A program made the translations under genes and the position numbers. The notes beneath the pieces are model-generated. The model was not told the origin of the DNA, searched no databases, and was given only the letters and a program-made list of their open reading frames with translations. A DNA stretch of 64,000 bases from an uncultured Rhabdochlamydiaceae bacterium. Its GTDB lineage: Bacteria > Chlamydiota > Chlamydiia > Chlamydiales > Rhabdochlamydiaceae. The stretch spans positions 576,001 to 640,000 of the forward strand of contig CAVQHD010000001.1 of NCBI GenBank assembly GCA_963712275.1, given 5' to 3'. Each line of letters opens with the position of its first letter. Position 1 is the stretch's first letter. This document shows positions 1 to 9,738 of the stretch, in pieces.

Positions 1-926
1 CCTTGAGTGTTATTTTTAAAAAGCTCGCACCCTTTTCGAAGGGCTACCACAAAGTTGTAGTAGTGCTGTTCAGCATTCGTGGGCTCTGTTTGGATAAGTG
101 TATAGAGCTCTTGACATTGATGTTTGAGAGGGGAGTTGTTTTGACGCAGAACGTTTTCGTAGGAAGTGATCCAATCCTGTTTTTTCAGAAGAATTCGCAT
201 GTGGAGAAAGAAAGATCGGTATTTGTACGCTTGTAGCTCGGCTGGCGTTTTTTCTACTGCCACCCAACTGCTTTCCAGAAGATTTTCTGTAGAGCTTTGA
301 GCAAGAGAAGGTGTGTTGGAACTTCTCTGGCTTAGAAGCATAGATCCACTCAGCCAGCCCTCCTCCGTGGATGCATCATTTGGATCAACCGCTTCAACCC
401 AGCCGTCCGTCTCTGACGGGTTTTCTTTATTGTCAGGAGCTGAAACTATCGTGGGTTGTTCTGTGGGTTTTGGCGGCGGCGTAGATGCACCAGTCCCTGA
501 AGTTATTACTTCTCTCAACTCTTCTTGTTCTGAAGAACTCTCATCGTCTGTTGTGTGTGTTGAGCTGGAATCATGTGAAATTGGCTTGGGCCGAAGAGAA
601 TAGTTAGAGCTGAAGGCGGTTAGGAAAAGGAAAAGGGTCATTCCGGCTGTAAAATAAAGGCTATTGCCGGCATTGGAAAGATCTTTACTGCATGAATTTA
701 TAAAATTGTTAAAATTAAGTGTACCAATTGCAACAACCAAACGGCCAGCAGGGGTGAGAAGATAGAGAGGAATGTTTACTGCTGAACAGAAGATTGCGCG
801 CGAGGCGTCAATGTAACGGAAAAAGAGGTGGTGGTCGACACCATCACTTGAGGCCTGGGTAAAATAATGCTTTACACTTTCAGACTCGGTGGGGATGGAT
901 GTATTTAATTTTTGAATAAAAGTCAT
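1..926 (-). CDS. Hypothetical protein, 5' part only (runs off the window start); hydrophobic N-terminal segments followed by a Ser/Thr/Glu/Pro-rich linker; possible secreted or inclusion-membrane protein
   Basis: Manual translation from ATG at 926 (MTFIQKLNTSIPTESESVKHYF...) stays open to base 1; absent from the ORF track because its stop lies outside the window. Confidence 0.75.
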   Translation of the reverse strand, partial: MTFIQKLNTSIPTESESVKHYFTQASSDGVDHHLFFRYIDASRAIFCSAVNIPLYLLTPAGRLVVAIGTLNFNNFINSCSKDLSNAGNSLYFTAGMTLFLFLTAFSSNYSLRPKPISHDSSSTHTTDDESSSEQEELREVITSGTGASTPPPKPTEQPTIVSAPDNKENPSETDGWVEAVDPNDASTEEGWLSGSMLLSQRSSNTPSLAQSSTENLLESSWVAVEKTPAELQAYKYRSFFLHMRILLKKQDWITSYENVLRQNNSPLKHQCQELYTLIQTEPTNAEQHYYNFVVALRKGCELFKNNTQ

Positions 927-980
927 AAAAATCTACAATTTTTGTTTAATCGAGCTATTATTATAAGCGAAATTATAGAT

Positions 981-2216
981 TTATTCCCAGAGGGAAGATT
1001 TTTTTAATTGGGCGATCACTTGATCTTTTGTTTCAAGCCCTTGATTCACAGAAGTTTTTTCAGCTTCTTTGAGTAAAAGCCCCATCTGTTTTCCAGGCTC
1101 GATCCCTTCGGCTAGAAGGTCTGCGGCTTGAACAAGCGGCTTGCCCGTCTGAATTCTAAGAATTGCTTTCTTAAGCGTTTGTCGATAGTGGTGGTTTTCA
1201 GTTAAAAATTTATCTTTATCTTTTAAATGAGCGGCAAGGATATTGAGAACCAGCTCCGATTGAGGGTGGGCATAGAAGTAGGCCCACTCAATCGGCTCTA
1301 ATTGATCTTTCCAAGGGGTTGGAAGGTTGATCAGATGTTTGGCGCGAAGGTAAAACTGAACAAAAGCTCGATCGGCTTTGGAGAGCTTGAGGTTGTCGCA
1401 AAGATCAAGCGCCTTTCCAAGTGAAATCTGAGGAAAAAGCTCGAGAAGTTGGGCAATCGTTGGGGTCTCTTTTGGTAGCTCGGGGAGTACTTTGACGCGG
1501 CTTTGAATCTCTTGAGTGGAGACATCTTTGAGCTCAGGGAAGATGGGTTGGAGCAAGGTTAACTGATGCAGTGTGATAAGTCCTGTATCAAAGTGGGCAA
1601 ATTGGGACATTTTCTTAAACTCTTGCCAGACCCTTTCCATGGCTACAGCGGGGACTAAGGTGGAAGCAAGCTGAAGAATTGCTTGAGAAGTACTCGTCTC
1701 AATAGGAAACCCGAAACGGGTTGAATAACGCACAGCCCGCATCATTCGAAGTCTATCTTCCTTGAAGCGGCAAATGGGATTGCCGATGGCTCGGATGATT
1801 CCTTTTTGAATATCATTCACCCCTCCCACATAGTCATAAATTTTGTCGTGAAGGGGATCGTAGAAAAGGCCGTTGATTGTAAAATCTCTTCGCTGGGCGT
1901 CTTCCTCAGGAGGCGCGGGATCAATGCCGGTGGGACGGCGGCCATCGACATAGCCACGGTCTTTGCGAAAGGTGGCCACTTCAAACTGATGAGAGCCCAT
2001 CACGACGATCACAATGCCAAAAGCGACTCCAACGGGAATGGTTTTAGCAAACAGCCTTTGAATCTCTTCAACACTTGCCGATGTTGCAATATCGATATCG
2101 TCGGAAGGGTGCTTCATCAGATAGTCGCGAACCCACCCACCTGCAAAGTAGGCGATGTAGCCGGCTTGATCTAAAGTTTTAACAACGTGAAGAGCTGCCT
2201 CTTGGTGATTCATCAA
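981..2216 (-). CDS. CCA-adding tRNA nucleotidyltransferase / poly(A) polymerase family protein
   Basis: GGWVRD..DIDIAT, EVATFR, EDAQRRDFTINGL and EDRLRMMRAVR motifs; lacks the G-R/K-R-F signature of poly(A) polymerases. Confidence 0.9.
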   Translation of the reverse strand: MMNHQEAALHVVKTLDQAGYIAYFAGGWVRDYLMKHPSDDIDIATSASVEEIQRLFAKTIPVGVAFGIVIVVMGSHQFEVATFRKDRGYVDGRRPTGIDPAPPEEDAQRRDFTINGLFYDPLHDKIYDYVGGVNDIQKGIIRAIGNPICRFKEDRLRMMRAVRYSTRFGFPIETSTSQAILQLASTLVPAVAMERVWQEFKKMSQFAHFDTGLITLHQLTLLQPIFPELKDVSTQEIQSRVKVLPELPKETPTIAQLLELFPQISLGKALDLCDNLKLSKADRAFVQFYLRAKHLINLPTPWKDQLEPIEWAYFYAHPQSELVLNILAAHLKDKDKFLTENHHYRQTLKKAILRIQTGKPLVQAADLLAEGIEPGKQMGLLLKEAEKTSVNQGLETKDQVIAQLKKSSLWE

Positions 2217-2414
2217 ATGCCAAGATCCTCAAATAGCTCAGCTAGGCTATCGAATTTTTTTAGCCCTTTTCTTTGTTCAGACATTTTTAATGTCTTTTCT
2301 GTTACCTTATTGAACTTTTTTTCTTTAAGGTTTTCGCAGATCTTCTTTTCACTAATTAATTTATAAGACATGGCATCCTCTTTTTCGTTATCATATCAGA
2401 TGGTAGGATAGTTT

Positions 2415-4034
2415 ATGGCGAAAATTCGGGTTCTGAACGAAGCAACGATCAATCAAATTGCAGCGGGAGAGGTAATTGAAAACCCTTCCTCTGTGGTGAA
2501 GGAGCTTGTTGAAAATAGCCTTGATGCAGGGGCGGCTCGGATTTGGATCGAAATTCGAGGGGGAGGCTTTGAGCTCATTCAGGTGGCAGATGACGGGTCG
2601 GGCATGAGCCGAGACGATGCAGTGCTTTGTTTTGAGCGGCATGCCACTTCGAAGATGGGGCACATTGACGATTTAAGTTCTCTCTGCTCAATGGGATTTC
2701 GGGGAGAGGCTTTAGCTTCCATTGCGGCGATCTCTCGAACAGAGCTGATTTCAGCAGAAGAGGGAAAGGATGCGACGGAGGTCAAAGTTGAGGGGGGTGT
2801 GATTCGAGATGTTCATCCTGCTTCCAGGTCGCGAGGGACAACGATCATTGTTCGCTCCCTTTTTTATAATGTTCCCGCTCGAAAAAAGTTTCAGAAGTCA
2901 GTAGCAGCTTCCACATCTGCTATTCATAAGCTTCTGTTTTCACAAGCGCTTGCTCATCCGGAAGTGGGATTTGAACTAATTGCCGGTGGCAAGACTCTCT
3001 TAAGCTTAGCCCCTGAGAGCCATCTCTCCCCCGCAATTCGACTTAAAAATCGGATTGAAACGGTGTTCGATCCCTCTTTTATTCAAGGGTGCCGGCCTGC
3101 TTCTCTGGAAGAATCGGGGCACCGGCTTCACGGTTTTTTAGGAGCCCCTGCACACGATCGGATCAACCGCTCAGGTCAGTATTTGTATATCAATAGGCGC
3201 ACTGTGGTCTCCCCTCTTGTTTCTTCAGCTGTTAAAATGGGGTATGGACACCGATTGAATGAACAGCGGTATCCGGTCTTTGTGTTGCACCTCTCTATTC
3301 CTCCAGAGCTTCTCGATGTAAATGTTCATCCGCAAAAACGGGAAGTTCGATTCCAGAATGAAGAATGGGTGAGGCAGTTTTTGAAGACAGCAATCCAGAC
3401 TGCTTTTTTAGACAAAGAAGAGCCTTCCCAGCGACCGAATTTTGTTTGGAGCGGTGAGAGGGGCCAACCAGAAATCCCTTCTCTGCAATTTCGGGAAGAA
3501 AAGCAGCAGGGGGTTGTGACTTGGATTGAAGAGCCTGAGGTGATTGGGCTCTATGCTCATTACCTTTTGCTCGATGGAGCAACGGTTCCAGGAAAGGGAG
3601 AGGGAATTGTATGGGTTAACTTGCAAAAAGCTGAAGAAGCGATGCTTTTAAAAAACTTGACGCAAGCCATTGGACATTCTCAAGGGCTTTTAATTCCGAT
3701 TCCTCTCTCTTTGAATCGAGAAGAGCAAGCAAGCCTCGAAAATCTGCAATCGGTGCTGAGGGACATGGGATTTGCTATTGAGCCAAGTGGGAAAGAAAAC
3801 TATCTGATTCAAGCGATCCCTTCATGGCTTGAAGCAGGCGATGCGGTGGAAGCGGCCCTACTTGCTTTGCAAGGGGAAGACATGCATAAAAAGCTTGCTG
3901 CATTTGCCGTGAGAAAGAAAAAACGTTTTATGATACAAGAGGCATTAGCTCTCTGGCAGCAGGTAAAAAATAGTGTTAATCCAGAGATCATCGCAACAAT
4001 AGGTCCCCATGAAATCGAACATCTATTCCGATAG
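2415..4034 (+). CDS. mutL: DNA mismatch repair protein MutL
   Basis: NQIAAGEVIENPSSVVKELVENSLDAGA, GFRGEALASI, DVNVHPQKREVRF. Confidence 0.97.
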   Translation: MAKIRVLNEATINQIAAGEVIENPSSVVKELVENSLDAGAARIWIEIRGGGFELIQVADDGSGMSRDDAVLCFERHATSKMGHIDDLSSLCSMGFRGEALASIAAISRTELISAEEGKDATEVKVEGGVIRDVHPASRSRGTTIIVRSLFYNVPARKKFQKSVAASTSAIHKLLFSQALAHPEVGFELIAGGKTLLSLAPESHLSPAIRLKNRIETVFDPSFIQGCRPASLEESGHRLHGFLGAPAHDRINRSGQYLYINRRTVVSPLVSSAVKMGYGHRLNEQRYPVFVLHLSIPPELLDVNVHPQKREVRFQNEEWVRQFLKTAIQTAFLDKEEPSQRPNFVWSGERGQPEIPSLQFREEKQQGVVTWIEEPEVIGLYAHYLLLDGATVPGKGEGIVWVNLQKAEEAMLLKNLTQAIGHSQGLLIPIPLSLNREEQASLENLQSVLRDMGFAIEPSGKENYLIQAIPSWLEAGDAVEAALLALQGEDMHKKLAAFAVRKKKRFMIQEALALWQQVKNSVNPEIIATIGPHEIEHLFR

Positions 4035-5049
4035 AATGCAGTCTGTTTTTAAAAGTTGCCGAAATGTCGATGCTATCCTCATTGAAAAACCGGTCGATCT
4101 GTTTTATTTGACAGGTCTTGAACTCTCGGCAGGAACCCTTTTCATTTCTAAAAAGGGCGGGTATCTGCTTGTCGACGGGAGGTACATCGGCTTTGCAGAG
4201 AAAAAAGGGGTTTGCCCCTGCGAACTAACCTCTTCCGAAAGCTTTAAAAAAATGGCAGCCTCCTTTTCTAACCTCGGGTTTGATTGCTGCGCGACTTCTT
4301 TTGCAAGGTGGGAGGAGCTTAAAAACCTCACAAAAAAACAGTTGATTCCTCTTAAAAGACCAACCGATGCCACTCGAGTCATCAAGAGCCGCGCCGAACT
4401 GAAAGCTCTTAAACAAAGCGCAGCTCTTCTTTGGAAAGGGTACGAATACCTCAAAAAAAGCCTCAAAGTTGACATCACAGAACGAGAGATTGCAACTCTG
4501 TTTGAACTCTTTTGTTTAGAGCGCGGGGCGGAAAAGGTTGGATTTGAGCCAATTGTCGCCTTTGGAAAAAATTCTGCTTTCCCCCATTACCGTGCGGGGG
4601 CGGGGCGTCTTAAGAAAGGGGATGTCGTGCTTTTAGATCTTGGTGTTGTTGTAAACCATTACCACTCTGACATGACGCGCACGTTGTTTTTCGGCAGGCC
4701 CGATCCCCGCTTAGTCATCTTTGAAGCAGCCGTGAAGGAAGCACATGATGCGGCGCTCCTTCAGTGCCGCCCCGGAGTTAAAGTGGGAGAGCTCGATAGG
4801 ATCTCTCGCCGTGTGATTGAAAAGGCAGGACTGGAGTCTTATCTGGCACATACGCTTGGCCATGGCGTTGGTCTTGAGATTCATGAGTTTCCACGCCTTA
4901 AAGAAAAAGGGGAAGATCATGATGTACTTCTCCAAGAAGGAATGGTAATCACGATTGAACCAGGGCTTTACTGGCCAGGGGTTGGCGGGATACGATACGA
5001 AGATACGATTGTCATTACACGCACCGGTTATGAGAACTGGTATCCTTAG
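4009..5049 (+). CDS. pepP: Xaa-Pro aminopeptidase (M24 family)
   Basis: DLG..Y.SDMTRT, HTLGHGVGLEIHE, TIEPGLY, GIRYED; adjacent to mutL as in other chlamydiae. Confidence 0.92.
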   Translation: MKSNIYSDRMQSVFKSCRNVDAILIEKPVDLFYLTGLELSAGTLFISKKGGYLLVDGRYIGFAEKKGVCPCELTSSESFKKMAASFSNLGFDCCATSFARWEELKNLTKKQLIPLKRPTDATRVIKSRAELKALKQSAALLWKGYEYLKKSLKVDITEREIATLFELFCLERGAEKVGFEPIVAFGKNSAFPHYRAGAGRLKKGDVVLLDLGVVVNHYHSDMTRTLFFGRPDPRLVIFEAAVKEAHDAALLQCRPGVKVGELDRISRRVIEKAGLESYLAHTLGHGVGLEIHEFPRLKEKGEDHDVLLQEGMVITIEPGLYWPGVGGIRYEDTIVITRTGYENWYP

Positions 5050-6076
5050 AGCACTTTTCTTTCGTAAGGAGAAAGAATCAATCCTCGATCTGCTCATGGA
5101 AGGGGTCATGGTCTTGGATGGCGCAGGAGTCATCCGTTACGTGAATCGCGCCTTTGCAAAGCTTGTCTCTCTTTCTAGAAGCGAGCTCCTTAACTCTTCT
5201 ATCGCCCTTTCTAAAAAAGAGCCTTTAGTGCGCATCCACGCCTTGATGACACTTGCTCAGCGCCAAAAGACAATCATCACAGATTCAATGACATTAGAAG
5301 AAGAACAGACAATCTTTCTTGATTTGATCGTCGTCCCTAAGCAGAAAAAAGGAGCCGTCATCCTTCTTCAAGACAAATCGAGCCAGCACCAAGTCGTTGA
5401 AATGGGAAAAGAGTTTATTGCGAATGTCTCTCACGAGCTCCGAACCCCACTGACGATCATTAGAGGGTTTGCAGAGACTCTCCAAGATATGCCGCTTCTT
5501 TCACGACCCATGGTGACTGAAATCGTTGAAAAAATTGTACGAAATTGCGAACGAATGAACACTCTTGTTAAAAATCTTCTCACCCTATCTGACCTTGAAC
5601 ATGTCCCTCACTTCCGTTTTCAGTCGTGCGATCTAGTTGCTCTTGCAGATCGATGCAAAGACCTTCTTCTGACGCTGGCGCCAAAGACACAAATCAAGAT
5701 TGAAAAGACAAAGGAGTCCATCCTCATCGATGGTGATGCCGATCTCTTAGAGCTTGCTCTGATGAACCTCTTAGAAAATGGTGTGAAATATTCAACTCCG
5801 CCAGCGCATCTCACGATTGCGCTTGATCACAAGGAGAATAACGTCATTATTGCGATCCAAGATCAGGGAATCGGGATTTCTGCCCAAGATCTTCCCCATA
5901 TTTTCGAGCGGTTTTACACCGTCGACAAGAGCCACTCCAGGCGCCTTGGTGGAGCAGGGCTTGGGCTTTCCATTGTTAAAACAATTATTAACAAACACGA
6001 AGGTACTCTCGTCGTGGCATCCCAGCCCGGGCAAGGAACCACCTTTACGATCACCCTTCCTTGCAGCTGCCATTAG
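5030..6076 (+). CDS. Cytoplasmic PAS-like/HisKA/HATPase sensor histidine kinase, PhoR-like
   Basis: FIANVSHELRTPLT H-box, NLLENGVKY, DQGIGI, FERFYTVDKSHSR, GAGLGLSIVK; no transmembrane segment; ATG 5030 chosen as start. Confidence 0.88.
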   Translation: MRTGILRALFFRKEKESILDLLMEGVMVLDGAGVIRYVNRAFAKLVSLSRSELLNSSIALSKKEPLVRIHALMTLAQRQKTIITDSMTLEEEQTIFLDLIVVPKQKKGAVILLQDKSSQHQVVEMGKEFIANVSHELRTPLTIIRGFAETLQDMPLLSRPMVTEIVEKIVRNCERMNTLVKNLLTLSDLEHVPHFRFQSCDLVALADRCKDLLLTLAPKTQIKIEKTKESILIDGDADLLELALMNLLENGVKYSTPPAHLTIALDHKENNVIIAIQDQGIGISAQDLPHIFERFYTVDKSHSRRLGGAGLGLSIVKTIINKHEGTLVVASQPGQGTTFTITLPCSCH

Positions 6077-6224
6077 AAGGGCATTTTCAATAAAAAACTT
6101 GCCTGGAATTTAAGCAAGAAAAAGGATAGACTATTTGTTACTAACAAGGAAATTATATGACAACTTTACTGCAACCGCTTCAACGCGCAATCACAGAAGG
6201 AACTTGGACTGGTCTTGATGTGGC
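6050..6224 (+). repeat. Duplicated segment, copy 1 (3' end of kinase + intergenic region + start of paralog 1)
   Basis: ATCACCCTTCCTTGCAGC...ATATGACAACTTTACTGCA...ACTTGGACTGG.CTTGATGTGGC recurs at 6949-7140. Confidence 0.85.
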
Positions 6225-6762
6225 CTGGGGTCATTGGAACGGCGGGGCGCTTAACTATCTTTTAAATAAGAACGAAATGAAAAAAAATATTGTAACGCTT
6301 TTGTATTGTGCAATAGATGCTGCTGTCATAGCTAAGAGAGTGGATGACTTTAAACTTGGTAGACCTTATAATCGGGTTTTTCAAATCAGTCTCTTTGGTC
6401 TTACGGCTTTAAATGCGTATATAATTCTGTATCCACAAAATAAAATCCAAGCAGCGGTTTCATTCAAGATTCTGAATTATACGAAGAAGCTCTATGCAAT
6501 AGCCTATATTATTTTAACAGTTTTTGAATATCGCAAAAAGCCTGTCCAAACAGCAGTGAGTTTTGCAATGTATGGAGTTTGGGGAATTGTTTATAAGTCC
6601 TCTTTGATAGAGAAGCGTGTGGTGGGGTTTGGGCTTTTTGGGACTTCCATGCTTGCCCGTGCATGGATTGCTCATAAGGGAGAGCCGTTTGATAGAATCA
6701 TGGGTGTAACAACCCTGCTGTTGTTGGGAGGAATGTTGACAGGCGTTATCCGCAACAATTGA
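6157..6762 (+). CDS. Hypothetical multi-pass membrane protein, tandem paralog 1
   Basis: 201-aa ORF; N-terminus MTTLLQPLQRAITEGTWTG shared with the next two genes. Confidence 0.8.
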   Translation: MTTLLQPLQRAITEGTWTGLDVAWGHWNGGALNYLLNKNEMKKNIVTLLYCAIDAAVIAKRVDDFKLGRPYNRVFQISLFGLTALNAYIILYPQNKIQAAVSFKILNYTKKLYAIAYIILTVFEYRKKPVQTAVSFAMYGVWGIVYKSSLIEKRVVGFGLFGTSMLARAWIAHKGEPFDRIMGVTTLLLLGGMLTGVIRNN

Positions 6763-6948
6763 GAACGCATCTTCTTGGCTTTGCACTAGGCCTGATAACA
6801 AGAGCCACTCCAGGCGTTCTTGACATTAAAAGAATGTTTTCAATTTTTTATAAAAATTCTAAAAAACCTAAAACTCCCTTTAAAGCTATCCTTGCATAGA
6901 AGGACAAGAAGTGATATCTCTGGAAGACTCATCGATTGGACCTCCTAT

Positions 6949-7140
6949 ATCACCCTTCCTTGCAGCCGCCCCTAGGGAGGATGAGGGAGGGGGTGTTTCA
7001 AGAAAAAATTTGCCTAGAATTTAAATAAGAAAAAGAGTATACTATTTCTTCAATAACAAAGGAATTACTTATATGACAACTTTACTGCAGCCCCTTCAGT
7101 GCGTAATCACAGAAGGAACTTGGACTGGCCTTGATGTGGC
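6949..7140 (+). repeat. Duplicated segment, copy 2
   Basis: Diverged copy of 6050-6224. Confidence 0.85.
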
Positions 7141-7705
7141 GAAAGGCTGCATTGCGGGATTGCCTCAGGTTGGTCTATTTTTAGATGAGATTCCGACGGT
7201 TTCAAAAATAGCATCCCTCAGACAGCTTATCGTGGGAGCGCATGTTCATGTGTTACTTAAGAGAGCAGCTCAGCTTAATCTTATTCAGCGATCTCCCTGG
7301 CTTTTATTGGGAGTCCCTATTTTTATCACAGCTTTAAATGGGTATGCAGTCTATCGAGATGAGAATCCACCTCTTTTTCCTGAGGGGGAAACTCTTTTCT
7401 CCCGAATTTCTTATAAAACATACACTTATACACCAAAGGTGTGTGCGATTGGAAATGCAGCCTTAGCTATCCTTGAATACCGTCAAAATCCGGTCGAAAC
7501 AGTTATGAATTTTACAGTGCAAGCGATTGAGTTGGGAATCAAAAGATACTTTTCTCGACATGTTGCCAATGTGAGAGATAGCACTAGCTTGGTGGCTTTG
7601 ATGTGGTTAGTCTATAAAGGGACTCCTAATGAGAAGCAAGCAAGTATAATAGGTCTAGCGTTCTTGGGCTATTGCCGCTGGAAGGGAATAAAAAGAATTG
7701 CATGA
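7073..7705 (+). CDS. Hypothetical multi-pass membrane protein, tandem paralog 2
   Basis: 210-aa ORF; MTTLLQPLQCVITEGTWTGLDVA leader and EYR..PV.T motif. Confidence 0.8.
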   Translation: MTTLLQPLQCVITEGTWTGLDVAKGCIAGLPQVGLFLDEIPTVSKIASLRQLIVGAHVHVLLKRAAQLNLIQRSPWLLLGVPIFITALNGYAVYRDENPPLFPEGETLFSRISYKTYTYTPKVCAIGNAALAILEYRQNPVETVMNFTVQAIELGIKRYFSRHVANVRDSTSLVALMWLVYKGTPNEKQASIIGLAFLGYCRWKGIKRIA

Positions 7706-8337
7706 CAGCTTTACAAACATCTTTGCTGCAACCGCTTCAACATGCAATCACGGAAGGAACCTGGACCGGGTGTGAGATAGCGTGGGGTTTTGCTCGCCGA
7801 GGAACGCTTAGACGGATTTTAAGTGAGGAGGTCCTGGAAAAAAATATTATAAAAATTTGTTACCAAGCACTAAATGCTGCTATTCACTCTAAGAGAATTG
7901 AAGATCTTAGGCTTGGCGGGTCTTATCGACGGATTTTTCAAGTTGGCCTCTTTGGTCTTACGACTTTAAATATCTATACAAGTCTGCGTCCGCAAGAGAA
8001 GAACCAAACAAAGGTTTCTAAACTGTGGAATTATACAGTCAGGTTATATGCAATAGTCAATATTGCCTTAGCAGTTTTTGAGTATCGCAAGAAACCTGTT
8101 CAAACAGCAGTGAATTTTGCAATGTTTGGGGTCGATCTAATTCTTGACAAAACTCTTTTGATGAAGAAGAGATCCAAGGTGTTTTGGGGGATTTTCGGGC
8201 TTGATATATTTGCCTCAGCATGGGTTGCCTATAAGGGGGAGACGTTGGATAAAATCGCAGGCGTATGGGGGGTATTGGTATATGGTTGGACATTTTATAA
8301 ATTTCTCCAAACACCCTCTAAGAACTCCCCTTCTTGA
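7702..8337 (+). CDS. Hypothetical multi-pass membrane protein, tandem paralog 3
   Basis: ATG 7702 overlaps the upstream TGA (ATGA); LLQPLQHAITEGTWTG and FEYRKKPVQTAV shared with paralog 1. Confidence 0.8.
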   Translation: MTALQTSLLQPLQHAITEGTWTGCEIAWGFARRGTLRRILSEEVLEKNIIKICYQALNAAIHSKRIEDLRLGGSYRRIFQVGLFGLTTLNIYTSLRPQEKNQTKVSKLWNYTVRLYAIVNIALAVFEYRKKPVQTAVNFAMFGVDLILDKTLLMKKRSKVFWGIFGLDIFASAWVAYKGETLDKIAGVWGVLVYGWTFYKFLQTPSKNSPS

Positions 8338-9187
8338 CTTCGCGTACAGCTCGAATTTTGACGCCGTCTTCCTTTAAAATTTGGGGCGCTCCTTTCTTTT
8401 TTTTGAATTCAAAAAGAACAGGCACAAGGTCTAATTTAATCCAGCACGCAGGGGCATTTTGAACGAGCTCTTGAAATTTATCTTTGTTGAGAGCGTCCCA
8501 TCGGCCGTGCTGCTGCCACTGGTTTTTTTCAAGATCGAGCACTTTTTGGGATAGTTCTTTTCCGAGGGCAGCTTGCAGGATGGGGGCTCTAGCATAACGA
8601 AAATGAATCGGAGGGGTCGATTGTTTTTCTAAACGGCAATATTCTGAGAGAGGGGGATAGCCTGTATTGGTTCCTTTTAATAGTTTGTAGTAAATTGCAT
8701 CAAGCTGTGGATCTTTTAAGGAGAGAGCTTCGAGCTTTTCTATTTTCTGAGAAACCATTTCTTGTACAAGGGTGAGAGCAATCTCTTTTGAGTAAAAAAA
8801 TGGTGATGAGCTGTATAAGTTGGTGATCAATTGAGCCACGATAGACTGAAGAGCTTTACTAGCCTCTGGATGGTTTCCATGAATCATCGGCCATAGGTTG
8901 ATCTTGCTTTCCTGGATTCCCATCAAGCGATCCCTTCGATGCTTTGTAAATTTCTTTTCCTGCTTCAGAGGCTTTTTCTTCCCCTGTTTCGGTTGAGCTG
9001 TTGTAGGTGGGGGTTTATTTTCTTCGTAGAGTTTTTTATTTTGGGAAGAGATGAGGCTGAGGTAAGCCTGATGATGGGAAAGAATCACTTCTTTTCCCCG
9101 CGCGGTTCCGATGACGGATGAGAACATGAAGGAGCTGATTACTGTAAGGAGGATGAGAAGAGAAACAACAAAAGGTAGAAAGTTCAT
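8318..9187 (-). CDS. Hypothetical protein with N-terminal membrane anchor; probable chlamydial type II secretion-associated (GspK-like) protein
   Basis: N-terminal hydrophobic helix; translationally coupled to the upstream pseudopilin-like gene. Confidence 0.55.
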   Translation of the reverse strand: MNFLPFVVSLLILLTVISSFMFSSVIGTARGKEVILSHHQAYLSLISSQNKKLYEENKPPPTTAQPKQGKKKPLKQEKKFTKHRRDRLMGIQESKINLWPMIHGNHPEASKALQSIVAQLITNLYSSSPFFYSKEIALTLVQEMVSQKIEKLEALSLKDPQLDAIYYKLLKGTNTGYPPLSEYCRLEKQSTPPIHFRYARAPILQAALGKELSQKVLDLEKNQWQQHGRWDALNKDKFQELVQNAPACWIKLDLVPVLFEFKKKKGAPQILKEDGVKIRAVREVKKGSS

Positions 9188-9729
9188 AAAAAAAGAGGAA
9201 GCTCTACTGTTTCATTGATGGATGTGATTAAAATCGCTTTCATCATGAACGGTTTTTTCTTGGGAAAAGAAGAGCTAAACTCTCCCTTGGCTTCATCAAA
9301 AAATAAAAGTGAAAACGTTTGAATCCCTTCATCAAAAATCTCAAGTCTAGGTTCTCCCTTTTCAGGCCAGGAGGTCAGTTTGAGTCTTTCATGATCAACG
9401 GTGAGTAGGCCTTTTAAGGCTCCTCGAAAATGGAAGTCGGGATCGATCCCTCCCTCATAGCGGAGACGATATCCCCCTTTTGAGTCAGACTCACAATTCT
9501 CTACAGATCGAAACAGGGAAGAGAGCCGAAGCATGAGCCGCTGCCTGCTAAGGACAATTTCTCTTTCTCGTCTAAGCTCTTTTTTAGTGAGGAGTGTTTG
9601 CTGAAACCCCATCAAAAGCATTCCTAGAATTAGCCCCATAATGGCAAGAGAAATCACCAATTCTAAAAGTAGGAAGGGACTTTTTCTTTGCATGGTCTGA
9701 TGATGAGATGGAAACCGAATTTTCTTCAA
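9184..9729 (-). CDS. Prepilin/pseudopilin-like protein (type II secretion-associated)
   Basis: RKSP-FLLLELVISLAIMGLIL resembles a type IV prepilin N-terminus with Glu at +5. Confidence 0.65.
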   Translation of the reverse strand: MKKIRFPSHHQTMQRKSPFLLLELVISLAIMGLILGMLLMGFQQTLLTKKELRREREIVLSRQRLMLRLSSLFRSVENCESDSKGGYRLRYEGGIDPDFHFRGALKGLLTVDHERLKLTSWPEKGEPRLEIFDEGIQTFSLLFFDEAKGEFSSSFPKKKPFMMKAILITSINETVELPLFL

Positions 9730-9738
9730 TCTCCCCTT

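Noticed and set aside
313..603. 96-aa + strand ORF and the many other short antisense or overlapping ORFs in the track
   Set aside because: Shadows of longer, better-supported genes on the opposite strand or in another frame
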